Part shown: one piece after another, positions 45,664-58,273 of the stretch | Layout of the letters: every line of letters begins with the position of its first letter | Position numbering within the stretch: position 1 is the first letter of the stretch | DNA from: Flavobacteriales bacterium | Lineage (GTDB): Bacteria; Bacteroidota; Bacteroidia; Flavobacteriales_F; PHOS-HE28 | Direction of reading: 5' to 3' | Length of the DNA: 64,000 nt | Assembly: GCA_047601855.1 (NCBI GenBank) | Contig: JASGIM010000001.1 | Location: 2,820-66,819 of the forward strand | Made by a program: the position numbers and the translations under genes | The notes under the pieces: generated by a model | Told to the model about the DNA's origin: nothing | The model's database searches: none | The model's input: only the letters and a program-made list of their open reading frames with translations

Positions 45664-47151
45664 ATGCTTCTTCGACCCCTGGCTCTGATCGGCCTATTCC
45701 ATTGCGCGTTCACACTGTTGGCGCAACCTACCGCGAGCAGCACACGGGTGCATTGGAGCCCGCCCTTCACAACGAAGGAGAACGGCGAATTCCAGATGGT
45801 GATGGAGTAGCGGGAAGGCGATTCCTATCTCTATTGCATCCGGGATGGTAAACAACTCATCGCCAAGCTGGACGACGCGATGCAACTGGTCTATGAGCGG
45901 GAAATGGACGAGGGCATGCAAGATGATCAGCGGTCGCTGGTCCGGATCATTCCCTTGGCCGACCGGTTCGTGGTATTCACCAGCAAGGAGGACAAGGCGA
46001 AAGAGCGCACGGACCTCTTCGCGCATGCCTATGCAAGGAGCGACTACTCCCCCTTGGGTGCAAGCCGCCTGGTGGCTTCGCTCGCGGATGAACGGCACAG
46101 GTCATACGCGAGTTTCGCGGTAGGCTTGCTAGCGGATAACAAGGTCATTGCCATCCGACTGGCCGGGCCTTACAACAAATCCATCCCCGCGTCCATCAGC
46201 TTCAAGTTCCTCGACCTGGAGCTGAACGAAATACTTGAGCCGACCTCTGCGGCAACGGCCAAGGTCGAACGAACAATCCCTCAGGGCATCTCCGTAGATG
46301 AGAAGTTCAACTGGAACGATAGCTCATCCACGTATATCGGGCACACGGCCCCTGCCGAGTATAAAGGGCACAAGGTCTCTCCTCCGCAACAAGCATTCGT
46401 CCTGCTGGCCTATCCGCAAGGATCAGCCGAGGGAACAGCACAACGGATAGAACATCCCGGCACTTATTTCCTGGACATGACCTGTGCCCAAGGAATGAAC
46501 AGCCATGTGCTCTGCACAGGCCTTTATGCCGACAAGCCCGAATGGACAGCCACGGGAGCGTTCTTTCTGGAGGTGGACCCCGGCACGGGAGCGATCGTCC
46601 GGGCCAGTTTCAAGCCGATGACCTGGGGAGAAGGCGACGAGGATGCGCGGAACCACCTGCGCGTGGACAGGATGATGCAACGCGCAGACCACAGCTGGAT
46701 GGTGATCGGTGAGCAGAGTGAGCGCAACACCACATGCACGGACCAGATCTACAGCAATGGTGACCGCGTCTGCAATACACAATACATGGTCGGGAACAGC
46801 TTCGTCTTCCATGTGGAACCGGGTGGAGAGGTCGGCTGGCTTACCGAAGTGCCCAAGCGCCAACGCGTATCGAACACGGATGGCGTATATGCCGGCTGTG
46901 CTTTCCACCAAGAGGGCGATCGCCTGATACTCCTATACAACGACGACCCAGCGAACTTGGATAGCCGGATGGGAAAGAAGCCCAAGAACTTCACCGCTGG
47001 CAATGATGCGGTGATCGTGATGGCCACGGTAGAGCCGGACGGTTCCATGCACCGGGAACAGCTACAGGGCATGAACAGGCCTGGGCTGCTACTGAAACCG
47101 GCCGGCGCCGTGGACCGAGCGGACGGCCGTTGGGCCATCGGTGGAGGGTAA
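45664..47151 (+). CDS. Hypothetical secreted protein; an in-frame TAG (45808-45810) separates a signal-peptide exon-like N-terminus from the 423-aa body (alternative start 45880)
   Basis: 45664 MLLRPLALIGLFHCAFTLLAQPTASS...MVME-TAG-REGDSYLYCIRDGKQLIAKLDDAMQLVYE... runs in the same frame throughout. The body has no recognisable domain. Confidence 0.5.
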
Positions 47152-47299
47152 GGCGGGCTACAGCTTCGGGGTCATCGATCCTGAATAATACCGTTCTGCT
47201 GTTCAACTCCATCTGAACTCCTTCCGTACCTCCACAGGAGAAAAGCTTGCTGGACATAGGCTGGGTAGCATCGCTCATGACAGGCTATGGGGACGCCGT

Positions 47300-47338
47300 C
47301 CAATGGAAAAGCCCGGGTTTGCCGGGCTTTTCCATTGG
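47300..47338. terminator. Bidirectional rho-independent terminator between the convergent hypothetical gene (+) and gyrB (-)
   Basis: CCAATGGAAAAGCCCGG-gtttg-CCGGGCTTTTCCATTGG. Perfect 17-bp stem with A/T tracts on both sides. Confidence 0.65.
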
Positions 47339-47352
47339 ATGATGCGCAACGA

Positions 47353-49575
<2,223 letters not shown>

Positions 49576-49614
49576 CAGTATGGGACGGCCCGGACAATCG
49601 GGAGATCAGGCCAT

Positions 49615-49683
49615 CACCCTTCGGCTACGCTCGGGGTAACAGAAGCACGGTGGGTCACGCTTCGGCGGGCTCAGCGTGACAGG
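49615..49683. repeat. Tandem copy B of the same repeat
   Basis: CACCCTTCGGCTACGCTCGGGGTAACAGAAGCACGGTGGGTCACGCTTCGGCGGGCTCAGCGTGACAGG. Lies 106 bp after copy A, between the gyrB start and the 3' end of the porin gene. Confidence 0.75.
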
Positions 49684-49707
49684 TGTTCACTGGGGCACGT
49701 GTGGGGA

Positions 49708-51432
49708 TCAAAACGCATATGTGGCTCCGCCTAGGAAGAGCGTACGCTGCACCGGGTAGTTGGCCCAACGCTGGTACTTGCTGGCGCTCAGGTTGCTTAC
49801 GTCCAGGAACACGCTGAGGCGCTTCGTGTAGCGGTATTCCAAACCCAGGTAGAGGTCCACGTATCCGTCCAGGTCCACGGTCGTTGCGGGTGTTCCGTCG
49901 GTGTTCAAGGGCCCGTAACCGGCTTTCCGGGCGCCGAGGAACTGGGCCTCCAGCTTCAGCAGCAGCTTGTTCTGGAAGTCGTAGACGGCCCCCAGGGCCA
50001 GCTTGTAGGGCGGCAGGTTCCAGGCCTCGGGTTGCTTGTCCGTGGTGTAGGTATAGATGTCCGCGCGGCCGTATACATTGATGTGCTCGTCGTGGCTGTA
50101 GTGGATCTCGCCGCTGATGTCCAACTGCTTCACATCGTCGTATACCACGCCGAACCGATCGCCGAAGGTGATGCCTTGGTAGGCGGTGGGGGCGCTCACG
50201 AAGAGCGCACGGTCCTTGGTGCGGCTGGTGCTGATGCGCACATCGAACCCGATGTCGCTGCTGAAGCTGCCGCGCAAGCCGCCGTAGATGTCGTACATCC
50301 TGCTGCTGTTGGCCAGCACCGGGGCCCCGCCCAGCCAGGGGTTCTCGCGCGTGAGGCTGCGGAAGCTGTTGCGCTGGCGCTGACCGTCCACGCCCGCGTA
50401 GGGCACCAGGATGTCGTCGAAGAGGCGGTATTGCAGGTAGGCCTGCGGAAAGAAGTGGAAGCTGGTCTTGTCCATGGCATCGATGTAGATGCCGGCGCCG
50501 ACCTTCACCAAGTACTTGTCGCCTTCCGTGCGGATGAAGGGGGAAAGGCCCACGAGCGTCCCGCTCTGCCGGAAGTCGCCCAGCCCCGTGCCCAACTCAC
50601 CGCGATAGGCGTTGTTGTCGATGAGGACATCGCCGCCATAGGTCTCGGTGCCCTGCTCCATGCTGAGCGCGGCGGACAGCTTCACGTTCATCTCCCGGCT
50701 GCCGGTGAGGTTGGTGTAGTTGTGCACCTCCAGTCCCACGTCATGGGCCAGCTTCGTGCTGTCCTTGTAGAGGCTCTTCAGGCGGAAGGCGAAGCCGATG
50801 TCGTTATAGACCTGCTTCACGATGTCGTCCGGCGGCTGGGGCGCGTTCAGGATCAGGTTGTTCAGGCTGTCCGTGCGATCATAACCGTAGTAGCTCACAC
50901 GGCGACGGTCATAGAGGAACCGGCCTTCCACCTGATGGTGCTTCAGGTAGGCATCGTAGTAGGCATCCACGTTGTTGAAGCTGTAATCGCTCGGCCCCAC
51001 ATCGCTGATGCCACCGTTGCTGCTCATGTGCTTGTAGTGCAACCCGAAGCCGTTCTTGCGCGACCGTGTCTGATCGTAGTAGACCTCGGCCAGCGGCGTG
51101 GTGTAGAGCCCGAAGCCGGCCTTCACGAAGCCCTTGTAGAGCTTCTGCTGGGCGAGCTGGATGTTGAGCTTGGCGGCCTCGATGCTGTCCACGCGCGCGG
51201 GCACGGTGCCCCTCACGTTGATCAGGCGGTAGTCGATGGTCTTCTCGGGCAGGATGGTATCGATGGGCACGGGCCGCTTGTCGATCTTCTGCACGTTGGC
51301 GATGGTGGGCGTGTAGATGCCTTGGATGTAGTACTCCTCGCCGGTCTGGGCGATCAGGGGGGCGGCGGCCGATGCGGCGATGGCCCACCCGGCGATGCGG
51401 AGGAAGGGGGTGCGGATCATCGGTCGGTTCAT
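49708..51432 (-). CDS. Outer-membrane beta-barrel protein (putative porin family)
   Basis: Signal peptide MNRPMIRTPFLRIAGWAIAASAAAPLIAQ. 574 aa rich in alternating aromatic/polar strands. C-terminal ...TLFLGGATYAF (terminal Phe). The start overlaps the stop of the upstream TPR gene (ATGA). Confidence 0.65.
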   Translation of the reverse strand: MNRPMIRTPFLRIAGWAIAASAAAPLIAQTGEEYYIQGIYTPTIANVQKIDKRPVPIDTILPEKTIDYRLINVRGTVPARVDSIEAAKLNIQLAQQKLYKGFVKAGFGLYTTPLAEVYYDQTRSRKNGFGLHYKHMSSNGGISDVGPSDYSFNNVDAYYDAYLKHHQVEGRFLYDRRRVSYYGYDRTDSLNNLILNAPQPPDDIVKQVYNDIGFAFRLKSLYKDSTKLAHDVGLEVHNYTNLTGSREMNVKLSAALSMEQGTETYGGDVLIDNNAYRGELGTGLGDFRQSGTLVGLSPFIRTEGDKYLVKVGAGIYIDAMDKTSFHFFPQAYLQYRLFDDILVPYAGVDGQRQRNSFRSLTRENPWLGGAPVLANSSRMYDIYGGLRGSFSSDIGFDVRISTSRTKDRALFVSAPTAYQGITFGDRFGVVYDDVKQLDISGEIHYSHDEHINVYGRADIYTYTTDKQPEAWNLPPYKLALGAVYDFQNKLLLKLEAQFLGARKAGYGPLNTDGTPATTVDLDGYVDLYLGLEYRYTKRLSVFLDVSNLSASKYQRWANYPVQRTLFLGGATYAF

Positions 51433-54400
51433 TTCTTTTCAGGCATGGGCACGGTGAGCTCCTCTGCGGGCGCGGAAGCGCCATTGGCCGCCGGGGCATT
51501 GATCTGCGCCAGGCGAGCGCGGGCCTGTTCCACCAGATCGGGTTCGTCGCAATGATCGATCACGCTCTGTAGCGTGGTCCGGGCCTGGAAGCGGTCATCA
51601 AGCTGCACGTACACATCGCCGAGCAGGATGAAGCCCTTGGCCTTCCAGTGGTCGTAGCTCGGGAACTTCTGCACCAGGTCGAACACTTCCTTCTCGGCGT
51701 CGCGGTACTTCTTCTGGAGGTAGCGCACGTAGGCCATGCCGTACTTGGCTTCGGCACCGATGGCGGCCTTGTTCGCGGAGACCGTCTTGAACTTTGCGTA
51801 GGCCTGTTCCAGGTCGTTCTTGTCCAGCAGCCCTTGCGCGACGGCCAGCCCGGCCTCGGCTTTCAGATCGGCGTTCGCATCCGGGTTCTTCAGCAGGCGT
51901 TCCCCCACCGCGGCAGCCTCATCGTTGCGCCCCAGTTCCTTCAGGCAACGCAACTGGCCCACCAGCCCCGCGAGCACGTTCTGCGGCATGCTGGCCGTCT
52001 GTTCCAATAGTGCGAAATAGTCCCGTGCTCCCTCCCAGCGCTTGTCGCGGTAGAGGATGTCGCTGGCCGCGAAGAGCGAGGGTTCCAGGAACTGCGCAGC
52101 ACCCTGCTTCACCACGGCCTCGAAGCCCGGCAGGGCCTCGGCATATTTCTTCGCGCGGTACAGGCAGTCCGAGGCATAGAAACGTGCGTTCAGCGCATAG
52201 GCGCCGCTGGGGTACTTCGCCAGGTAGTCCTGGAAGGAGCCGACGGCCTTGTCGCAATTCCCGTCGTTGTAGAACTGCTCGGCGCTGCGGTAATACTTCT
52301 CATCCAGGTCCAGCGATCCCTGGTCCACGAAACTGAGCGAACGCACGTAGGACTCGTATTCGGCCACCTTGCCCTGCTCCACGTAGATGCTCTCGATGCC
52401 CGCGAGCGCCTCGCGCGAACCGTCCATCGTCGGGTACTTCGTCACGATGTCCTTGAACTCGGTGAGGGCCTGGTCGGTCTTGCCCATGCGCTTGTGGATG
52501 AGCGCGCTTTGCAGCAGGCTCTGCCGGATGTGCGGCGAGTTGGGGTGCTGCGTAATCACCTGCTGGTAGTAGTTCAGCGCGTCGGCGTCCTTCTCCAGCG
52601 AGATGTAGGTCTGGCCCAGCTCGAACTTGGCGTCGGCGGCATACTGGCTGTTGGGTTTCTCCGCCAGCATCTTCTTCAGCGTGGCGATCTTTTCGGTGTA
52701 CTGCTTCTCGAGCCCCTGGCACACGCCTTTCTGGTAGAGCGCATAGTCCCGGGCCGTGGTGCCACCGGCCATGGCCTTGTCGTACCAGCTGATGGCGGTG
52801 GGTTCGTCCTTCGTCACGAAATAGCAGTCGCCGATGCGCAGCAGGGCGTCCGCCTTCTGGTCCGCCGCGATGCGGGGCACGTCCACGAACCGGCGGAACG
52901 AGGTGGCCGCCTCACCATAGTCCTTCTGCTTGAAATAGGCGTAGCCCATGCTGTAGCTGGCCTGTTCGTAGAGGTCGGTGGCGTACGCGCCGGGGCTGTT
53001 ACGCAGGTCGTCGTACTTGCGCAGCGCCGCGTCATAACGGCCCTGGGCGTACTCGCTTTCCCCCATCCAGAAGTGGGTCTGCGCGGTGGCCGCCTTGTCC
53101 ACGGGGTACTTCAGCGCGCGGCCGAAGGCGGCGACGGCCTCGGGGTACTTGTGGCCTTCGTACAGCTCCACGCCACGGTCGAAGGCCAGCTTCTGATAGG
53201 CCCCTTGCAGGCGCAGGTCCTTGGTCTTGATCGCATCCAGCGTGTTCAGTGCTTCCTCGTAGTTCTTCGTTTTCAGGAACACGCTCAGCAGGAACTCCTG
53301 CGCCTCGTCGTGGCGGGGCGAGTCGGGGTACTTCTTCATGTAATCCCGCAGCGCGATGATGGCCTCGTTGTAGGGATCGAACGAAAGCTCGTAGGCCAGC
53401 TTGGCGTAGTTGAAGAGCGCATCCTCCGTCACGCGCGGATCGTTGCCCAGGTCGTAGGCCTTCTTGAAGGCATTGCGGGCGTATTGCTTCTCGCCGAGCT
53501 TCAGATAGCAATCGGCCATGTGGTACGAGGCCAGCTGCGCCAGGCTGTCCGTGCTGTTGCTCACCACCTGGATGAACTGGTCCACCGCCTTCTTGTACTG
53601 CGCATCCTTGTAGTACGCGTAGCCGGTGGTGTAGCGGTCGCCACGTTCCACGCCCGCGCGCTGGAGGCTCTTCTCCAGGTACGGCAGCGCCTCCTTGTAC
53701 TGGCCCGTACGGAAGTAGGCTTCACCGGCCAGCCGGTTGATGTCGCCCGCCCGCTTGGTGTCGCCGCCCTCCGCCAGCAGCGGCTTGGTGTACTCGAGCA
53801 ACGCGTCGTAATGCCCTTGCAGGAATTGGATCTGCGCGATGTAGTAAGGCACGATCCGCTCGAAGTTGGCATCGTCCTTCAGCTTCGTGAAGCCCGCCAG
53901 CGCGGTCTCGTAGTTGCGCTTCTCGTAGTTGATGTGCGCCGCGTAGTAGGTGGCCGGGGCCGCATAGATGCCGGTGCCGTCCTTCACCTTGGAGAACTCG
54001 GTCAAGGCCTTGTCGCGCTCGCCGCTCTGGAACAGTGCGTAGCCTTTTTTGAAGGCGAACTCCTCCTTGTCGTTGATGCCAAGGCCGAACTCGTCCACCC
54101 GGCCCGCCCATGCGAGCGCGTCGCTCCAGCGCTTCTGGTTGAAGTAATGGCGGAACAGCTCCAGTTCGATGGCCTCCACGTGGAAGTTCTCCGGATGCCT
54201 GTCGATGAAGGCCAGCAGGCGGTTCGAGGCATCGTCGTGGAAGAGGCGCACGGCGCAGATGGCGCTCAAGAACTCGGCCTCGATGCGGGTGCCGTCGTAC
54301 GGGTCGCGGATGCGGTCCACCACGCAGTCCAGTTCGTACTGGGCAGCGCCGTACTTGGCCTTATCGAAGAGCTCCTGGGCATGCACCAGGTCGGCATCCG

Positions 54401-54506
54401 GGTGTTCGTAGTGGGCCGGCCGCTGGGCGGTGGCCACCAATGCGCATAAACCCGCCATAGCGCCCAGTACCAGGCGCTGGGGCGCGGGTCCGAAAAGGTT
54501 CATCAT
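51429..54506 (-). CDS. Large tetratricopeptide-repeat (TPR) protein with signal peptide (~1025 aa)
   Basis: MMNLFGPAPQRLVLGAMAGLCALVATAQ. More than 15 TPR-like units (...AYYKDAQYKKAVDQF..., ...GDCYFVTKDEPTAISWYDKA...). No lipoprotein Cys after the signal peptide. Confidence 0.8.
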   Translation of the reverse strand: MMNLFGPAPQRLVLGAMAGLCALVATAQRPAHYEHPDADLVHAQELFDKAKYGAAQYELDCVVDRIRDPYDGTRIEAEFLSAICAVRLFHDDASNRLLAFIDRHPENFHVEAIELELFRHYFNQKRWSDALAWAGRVDEFGLGINDKEEFAFKKGYALFQSGERDKALTEFSKVKDGTGIYAAPATYYAAHINYEKRNYETALAGFTKLKDDANFERIVPYYIAQIQFLQGHYDALLEYTKPLLAEGGDTKRAGDINRLAGEAYFRTGQYKEALPYLEKSLQRAGVERGDRYTTGYAYYKDAQYKKAVDQFIQVVSNSTDSLAQLASYHMADCYLKLGEKQYARNAFKKAYDLGNDPRVTEDALFNYAKLAYELSFDPYNEAIIALRDYMKKYPDSPRHDEAQEFLLSVFLKTKNYEEALNTLDAIKTKDLRLQGAYQKLAFDRGVELYEGHKYPEAVAAFGRALKYPVDKAATAQTHFWMGESEYAQGRYDAALRKYDDLRNSPGAYATDLYEQASYSMGYAYFKQKDYGEAATSFRRFVDVPRIAADQKADALLRIGDCYFVTKDEPTAISWYDKAMAGGTTARDYALYQKGVCQGLEKQYTEKIATLKKMLAEKPNSQYAADAKFELGQTYISLEKDADALNYYQQVITQHPNSPHIRQSLLQSALIHKRMGKTDQALTEFKDIVTKYPTMDGSREALAGIESIYVEQGKVAEYESYVRSLSFVDQGSLDLDEKYYRSAEQFYNDGNCDKAVGSFQDYLAKYPSGAYALNARFYASDCLYRAKKYAEALPGFEAVVKQGAAQFLEPSLFAASDILYRDKRWEGARDYFALLEQTASMPQNVLAGLVGQLRCLKELGRNDEAAAVGERLLKNPDANADLKAEAGLAVAQGLLDKNDLEQAYAKFKTVSANKAAIGAEAKYGMAYVRYLQKKYRDAEKEVFDLVQKFPSYDHWKAKGFILLGDVYVQLDDRFQARTTLQSVIDHCDEPDLVEQARARLAQINAPAANGASAPAEELTVPMPEKK

Positions 54507-54655
54507 GGCTGGGATCAAAGTTCCGGGGCGTGCGGGGGACGGTTCCAAAGGAGGAACGTACTTATCCACGCCAGCGTGTTCACGTGCTGTGGATGAACAC
54601 CGGAAGGTCACGTCGAAAAGCCCTCGGGATCTCCTTCCTTTGGCCGCTGCCCGCC

Positions 54656-55348
54656 ATGACGACCTCCGGCCCGATCATCGAACTGCACGACTGCCGCATC
54701 TTCCAGCGGGAGAACCTGGTGTTGAACTACGTGGACCTCACCGTCCATAGCGGCGAGTTCATCTACCTCATCGGCCGCACCGGCAGCGGCAAGAGCAGCC
54801 TCATGCGCACGCTCTATGGTGACCTGCCGCTCCAGGAGGGCGAGGGCCACGTGGCCGGTTTCGACCTGCGCACGCTGAAGCGCAAGCAGGTACCCTACCT
54901 CCGCCGGAAGATCGGCATCGTGTTCCAGGACTTCCAACTGCTGGGCGACCGCAGCGTGAACGAGAACCTGCTGTTCGTGATGCGCAGCACCGGCTGGAAG
55001 GACCGGAAGGCCATGGACAGCCGCATCCAGGAAGTGCTGGAGAAGGTGGGCCTCGGCAACAAAGGCTACAAGATGCCGCACGAGCTGAGCGGCGGTGAGC
55101 AACAGCGCGTGAGCATCGCGCGGGCATTGGTGAACGACCCGGAGCTGATCATCGCCGATGAGCCCACCGGGAACCTCGATCCCGAAACGACCGAGGAGAT
55201 CGTGGACCTGCTCTTCAGCATCAGCCAGGGCGGCCGCAGCGTGATCATGGCCACGCACGATTACACGCACATGAAGAAGGTGAACGCCCGCGTGGTGCGC
55301 TGCCAGGATGGGAAGGTGCTGGAGAACAGCACGGCGCCGGTCGGCTAG
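54656..55348 (+). CDS. ftsE: Cell-division ABC transporter ATP-binding protein FtsE
   Basis: Walker A GRTGSGKSSL; signature LSGGEQQRVSIARAL; Walker B LIIADEPTGNLD; H-loop MATHD. Confidence 0.85.
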   Translation: MTTSGPIIELHDCRIFQRENLVLNYVDLTVHSGEFIYLIGRTGSGKSSLMRTLYGDLPLQEGEGHVAGFDLRTLKRKQVPYLRRKIGIVFQDFQLLGDRSVNENLLFVMRSTGWKDRKAMDSRIQEVLEKVGLGNKGYKMPHELSGGEQQRVSIARALVNDPELIIADEPTGNLDPETTEEIVDLLFSISQGGRSVIMATHDYTHMKKVNARVVRCQDGKVLENSTAPVG

Positions 55349-55369
55349 CCTCCATTCCCGCGAGGTGCA

Positions 55370-56689
55370 ATGACAGCGATCGCTACAAAGCCCAGCGTCC
55401 TCATCCTCTCCTATCAGTTCCCGCCGGTGAACGGCACGGGCGCACGCAGGCCCTACTACCTCGCCCGGCAACTGGCCGACACCGGCCACCGGGTGAGCGT
55501 TCTCACCACCGACATCGCCGAAGCACAACCCTGGCTCCCTAACCTTCATGGCATTTCGGTCCTACGCACACCCAAAACGACGGTGCAACGGGACATGAAC
55601 AGCGTGCAACAGGCCATCGCACGACTTTACCAACACATGCAAGGGAGATCGGGGCATGGCCTCATCCGGGTCCTGGCGGACGTGATGTTGCCCGAAGGCC
55701 ACATCGACCGCTGGGACATTCTTCCCGAAGAGGTCGAGGCACGACTGGGACGGCACGACATCGTACTGGCCACCTGCCCGAGCTGGTATCCCTTCCGGCT
55801 GGCCGCCAAACTCGCGGGCAAGTGGAAGGCAATGTTCATTGCCGACTATCGCGACCCGTGGACCATCCATATCCCCACGCTCCACCTGAAAGGATTCACT
55901 TCGTTCGGTACTGGTCCGGCCGGCTGGCTTCGGACCCGCAAGATGCTGGCCATGGAGCATGCATGGCCGGGGAAGGCCTTCGCGCTATCGGCCATAAGCG
56001 GGCCTTTGCTGTCGAACGCCCGCATGGCGACCGGCGTGGAGCGGGGCGCGGTCTTTCACGGAGGCTATGATCCGCTATTACGTGCGCAGCCTTACCAGCG
56101 CAAGGACCGTTTCACGCTCGTTTACACCGGCCGTGTATACACCCAACAGGATTGGCGGGGGCTGTTACGGGCACTGGATATCGCACAGAGAAGAGATCCC
56201 GATCTGGCGCAGGATATCCACATCGCACTATATGGGGCCACCAGCAATAACGAAGCGCTCCTGGAAGAACTCCGGGCCTACGGGGCTGGCACGGGCATGA
56301 TCGAGCTGCTGCCGCGCACAGGGCGTGACGAGACGATGCGCGCGCAACAGACCGCCGACGCCGTACTGCACATCTCCCCCGATGACCATCAAGGTGGCCT
56401 TCCGGTGAAATTCCTGGAGTACCTAGGCTGCGGACGACCGATCCTGCTGTTCATCAAGAAAAAGGACATCGAGTCGGACGTGGTGCAGCGAACACGGACA
56501 GGTGTGATCGTGAGCGATCCGCAGGCATTGGCCGACACACTGGTGGAGCGAGTGAAGGAATGGCGCCAAGGCGGCGTGTGGACCATCACCCCCGACCACA
56601 AAGAGCTCGACATGTTCAACTATGCGAAGAGCATGCAAGCCATGGTGGCCCAACTTGAAGAGTGGTACCTGGCCTACCGCGGCGGCTGA
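55370..56689 (+). CDS. Glycosyltransferase (GT-B fold, family 4-like)
   Basis: N-terminal LILSYQFPPVNGTGARRPYYLARQLADTGHRVSVLTT. C-terminal E-x7-E-like region ...PVKFLEYLGCGRPIL. Confidence 0.7.
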   Translation: MTAIATKPSVLILSYQFPPVNGTGARRPYYLARQLADTGHRVSVLTTDIAEAQPWLPNLHGISVLRTPKTTVQRDMNSVQQAIARLYQHMQGRSGHGLIRVLADVMLPEGHIDRWDILPEEVEARLGRHDIVLATCPSWYPFRLAAKLAGKWKAMFIADYRDPWTIHIPTLHLKGFTSFGTGPAGWLRTRKMLAMEHAWPGKAFALSAISGPLLSNARMATGVERGAVFHGGYDPLLRAQPYQRKDRFTLVYTGRVYTQQDWRGLLRALDIAQRRDPDLAQDIHIALYGATSNNEALLEELRAYGAGTGMIELLPRTGRDETMRAQQTADAVLHISPDDHQGGLPVKFLEYLGCGRPILLFIKKKDIESDVVQRTRTGVIVSDPQALADTLVERVKEWRQGGVWTITPDHKELDMFNYAKSMQAMVAQLEEWYLAYRGG

Positions 56690-56715
56690 TCCCTCTTTCG
56701 GTGCCATATTCGCGG

Positions 56716-57351
56716 ACCATGCTCAACAACAAGCGTGTTCTCGTGCTCGCTCCGCACACGGATGACGGGGAGTTCGGGTGCGGAGGCACGATCGCAAAGC
56801 TCATCGACCAAGGCAACGAGGTCCACTGTGCGGCCTTCTCCGCCTGTCAGCAGAGCGTACTGCCAACGCTTCCGGCCGACATCCTCATCACCGAGGTCAA
56901 GGCCGCATCGAAGGTCCTGGGCATCCCCCCCGATCAGCTGATCCTGTTCGACTATGAAGTGCGCACTTTCAATTACCACCGGCAGGACATCCTGGAGAAG
57001 TTGATCACCATGCGCTCAGAATTTCGGCCCGAGGTAGTGCTGATGCCTTCCCTGAACGACATCCACCAGGACCACCATACCATCGCCACGGAAGGGATCC
57101 GTGCGTTCAAGAACTGTAGCATTCTGGCGTACGAGGTGCCTTGGAACAACCTCACCTTCAACAGCTCGTCGTTCTGCTTGCTAAGTGAGGAACACGTGGA
57201 GCGTAAAGTGAGGGCACTAGCGGAGTACAAAAGCCAAGCCCATCGGCCGTATGCCAACGAGGAGTTCATCCGTGCATTGGCGCGAACGCGAGGCGTGCAG
57301 ATCGGCACCCAATACGCCGAATGCTTCGACGTGGTGCGGTGGATCCTCTAA
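56716..57351 (+). CDS. PIG-L/LmbE family N-acetylglucosaminyl deacetylase
   Basis: MLNNKRVLVLAPHTDDGEFGCGGTIAKL... (the P-H-x-D-D motif), ...DIHQDHHTIA... Confidence 0.8.
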   Translation, partial: TMLNNKRVLVLAPHTDDGEFGCGGTIAKLIDQGNEVHCAAFSACQQSVLPTLPADILITEVKAASKVLGIPPDQLILFDYEVRTFNYHRQDILEKLITMRSEFRPEVVLMPSLNDIHQDHHTIATEGIRAFKNCSILAYEVPWNNLTFNSSSFCLLSEEHVERKVRALAEYKSQAHRPYANEEFIRALARTRGVQIGTQYAECFDVVRWIL

Positions 57352-57366
57352 AAAACAACGCCACCC

Positions 57367-58260
57367 ATGATCGTACAAGAACTGCTCCGTTCGTTGGAAC
57401 ATGAGCGGGTATTGGGGGCCGTCGACACCAATATCACGGCGGCATTACCCCTGGACCTAGCAAATACGCGCACTGACGTGCTCAGCTGGTGCAGCGATAA
57501 GAACGTACCGCTACTTGCGCAAGTAAGGGCGGGAGTGGTGATCGTGCCTGCGACCGTCAGTGCCCTACCCAGTACTGAAGGCTGTACGTTCATCCTATGC
57601 CGGGACCCGCGCGCTGCGTTCCGTGATGCGTTCAACCTGCTGCACCCTCCCGCCCCACGCCAGGCCTTCCGTTCGCCCAGCGCGGTGGTCGATCCCACAG
57701 CGGTCATCGGCGATCACGTATATATCGGGCACCACGTGGTGGTGGACGCCGGATGCACCATCGGGGAAGGCGCTATCATCGGCCACAATACCGTACTGCT
57801 GAACGCCACGCAGATCGGCATTCGCGCGGTGATCGGGTGCAACTGCACCATCGGAGGAACGGGCTTCGGCTACCAGCCCGACGGCAATGGCGATCAAGTG
57901 TTGATGCCGCATGTGGGCAACGTAGTGATCGGCGATGGTGTGGAGATCGGCAACAACACGTGCATCGACCGTGCAGGACTGGGAAGCACCATCATCGGGC
58001 GGAACGTGAAAGTGGATAACCTCGTACATATCGCGCACAATGCGGTGATCGGGGAAAATTCGCTTGTGATCGCGCATGCAATGGTAGCGGGCAGTTGCGC
58101 CATCGGCCGTAATGCATGGATCGCGCCCCATGCGGCTATCCGCAACAAGGTGCGTATCGGGAACAACGCCACGATCGGCCTGGGTGCCGTAGTGGTAAAG
58201 GATGTCGCGGACGGGGCCACGGTGGCCGGCAATCCTGCACGTCCCTTGGAACGGCCATGA
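57367..58260 (+). CDS. lpxD: LpxD-like hexapeptide-repeat (left-handed beta-helix) UDP-3-O-acylglucosamine N-acyltransferase, short form
   Basis: ...[31 protein letters not shown]...[13 protein letters not shown]...[60 protein letters not shown]... Confidence 0.75.
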   Translation: MIVQELLRSLEHERVLGAVDTNITAALPLDLANTRTDVLSWCSDKNVPLLAQVRAGVVIVPATVSALPSTEGCTFILCRDPRAAFRDAFNLLHPPAPRQAFRSPSAVVDPTAVIGDHVYIGHHVVVDAGCTIGEGAIIGHNTVLLNATQIGIRAVIGCNCTIGGTGFGYQPDGNGDQVLMPHVGNVVIGDGVEIGNNTCIDRAGLGSTIIGRNVKVDNLVHIAHNAVIGENSLVIAHAMVAGSCAIGRNAWIAPHAAIRNKVRIGNNATIGLGAVVVKDVADGATVAGNPARPLERP

Positions 58261-58273
58261 ACCTGCTCGTTAA

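Noticed and set aside
45664-47151. PorP/SprF-type partner for the upstream type-B adhesin
   Set aside because: The protein has no beta-barrel strand periodicity and no C-terminal aromatic residue. It has no similarity to PorP/SprF.
51429-54506. TPR protein as the T9SS lipoprotein PorW/SprE, and the adjacent beta-barrel protein as PorV or SprF
   Set aside because: There is no lipobox Cys after the signal peptide. The beta-barrel protein (574 aa) is larger than PorV/PorP-family proteins. No type IX context is nearby.
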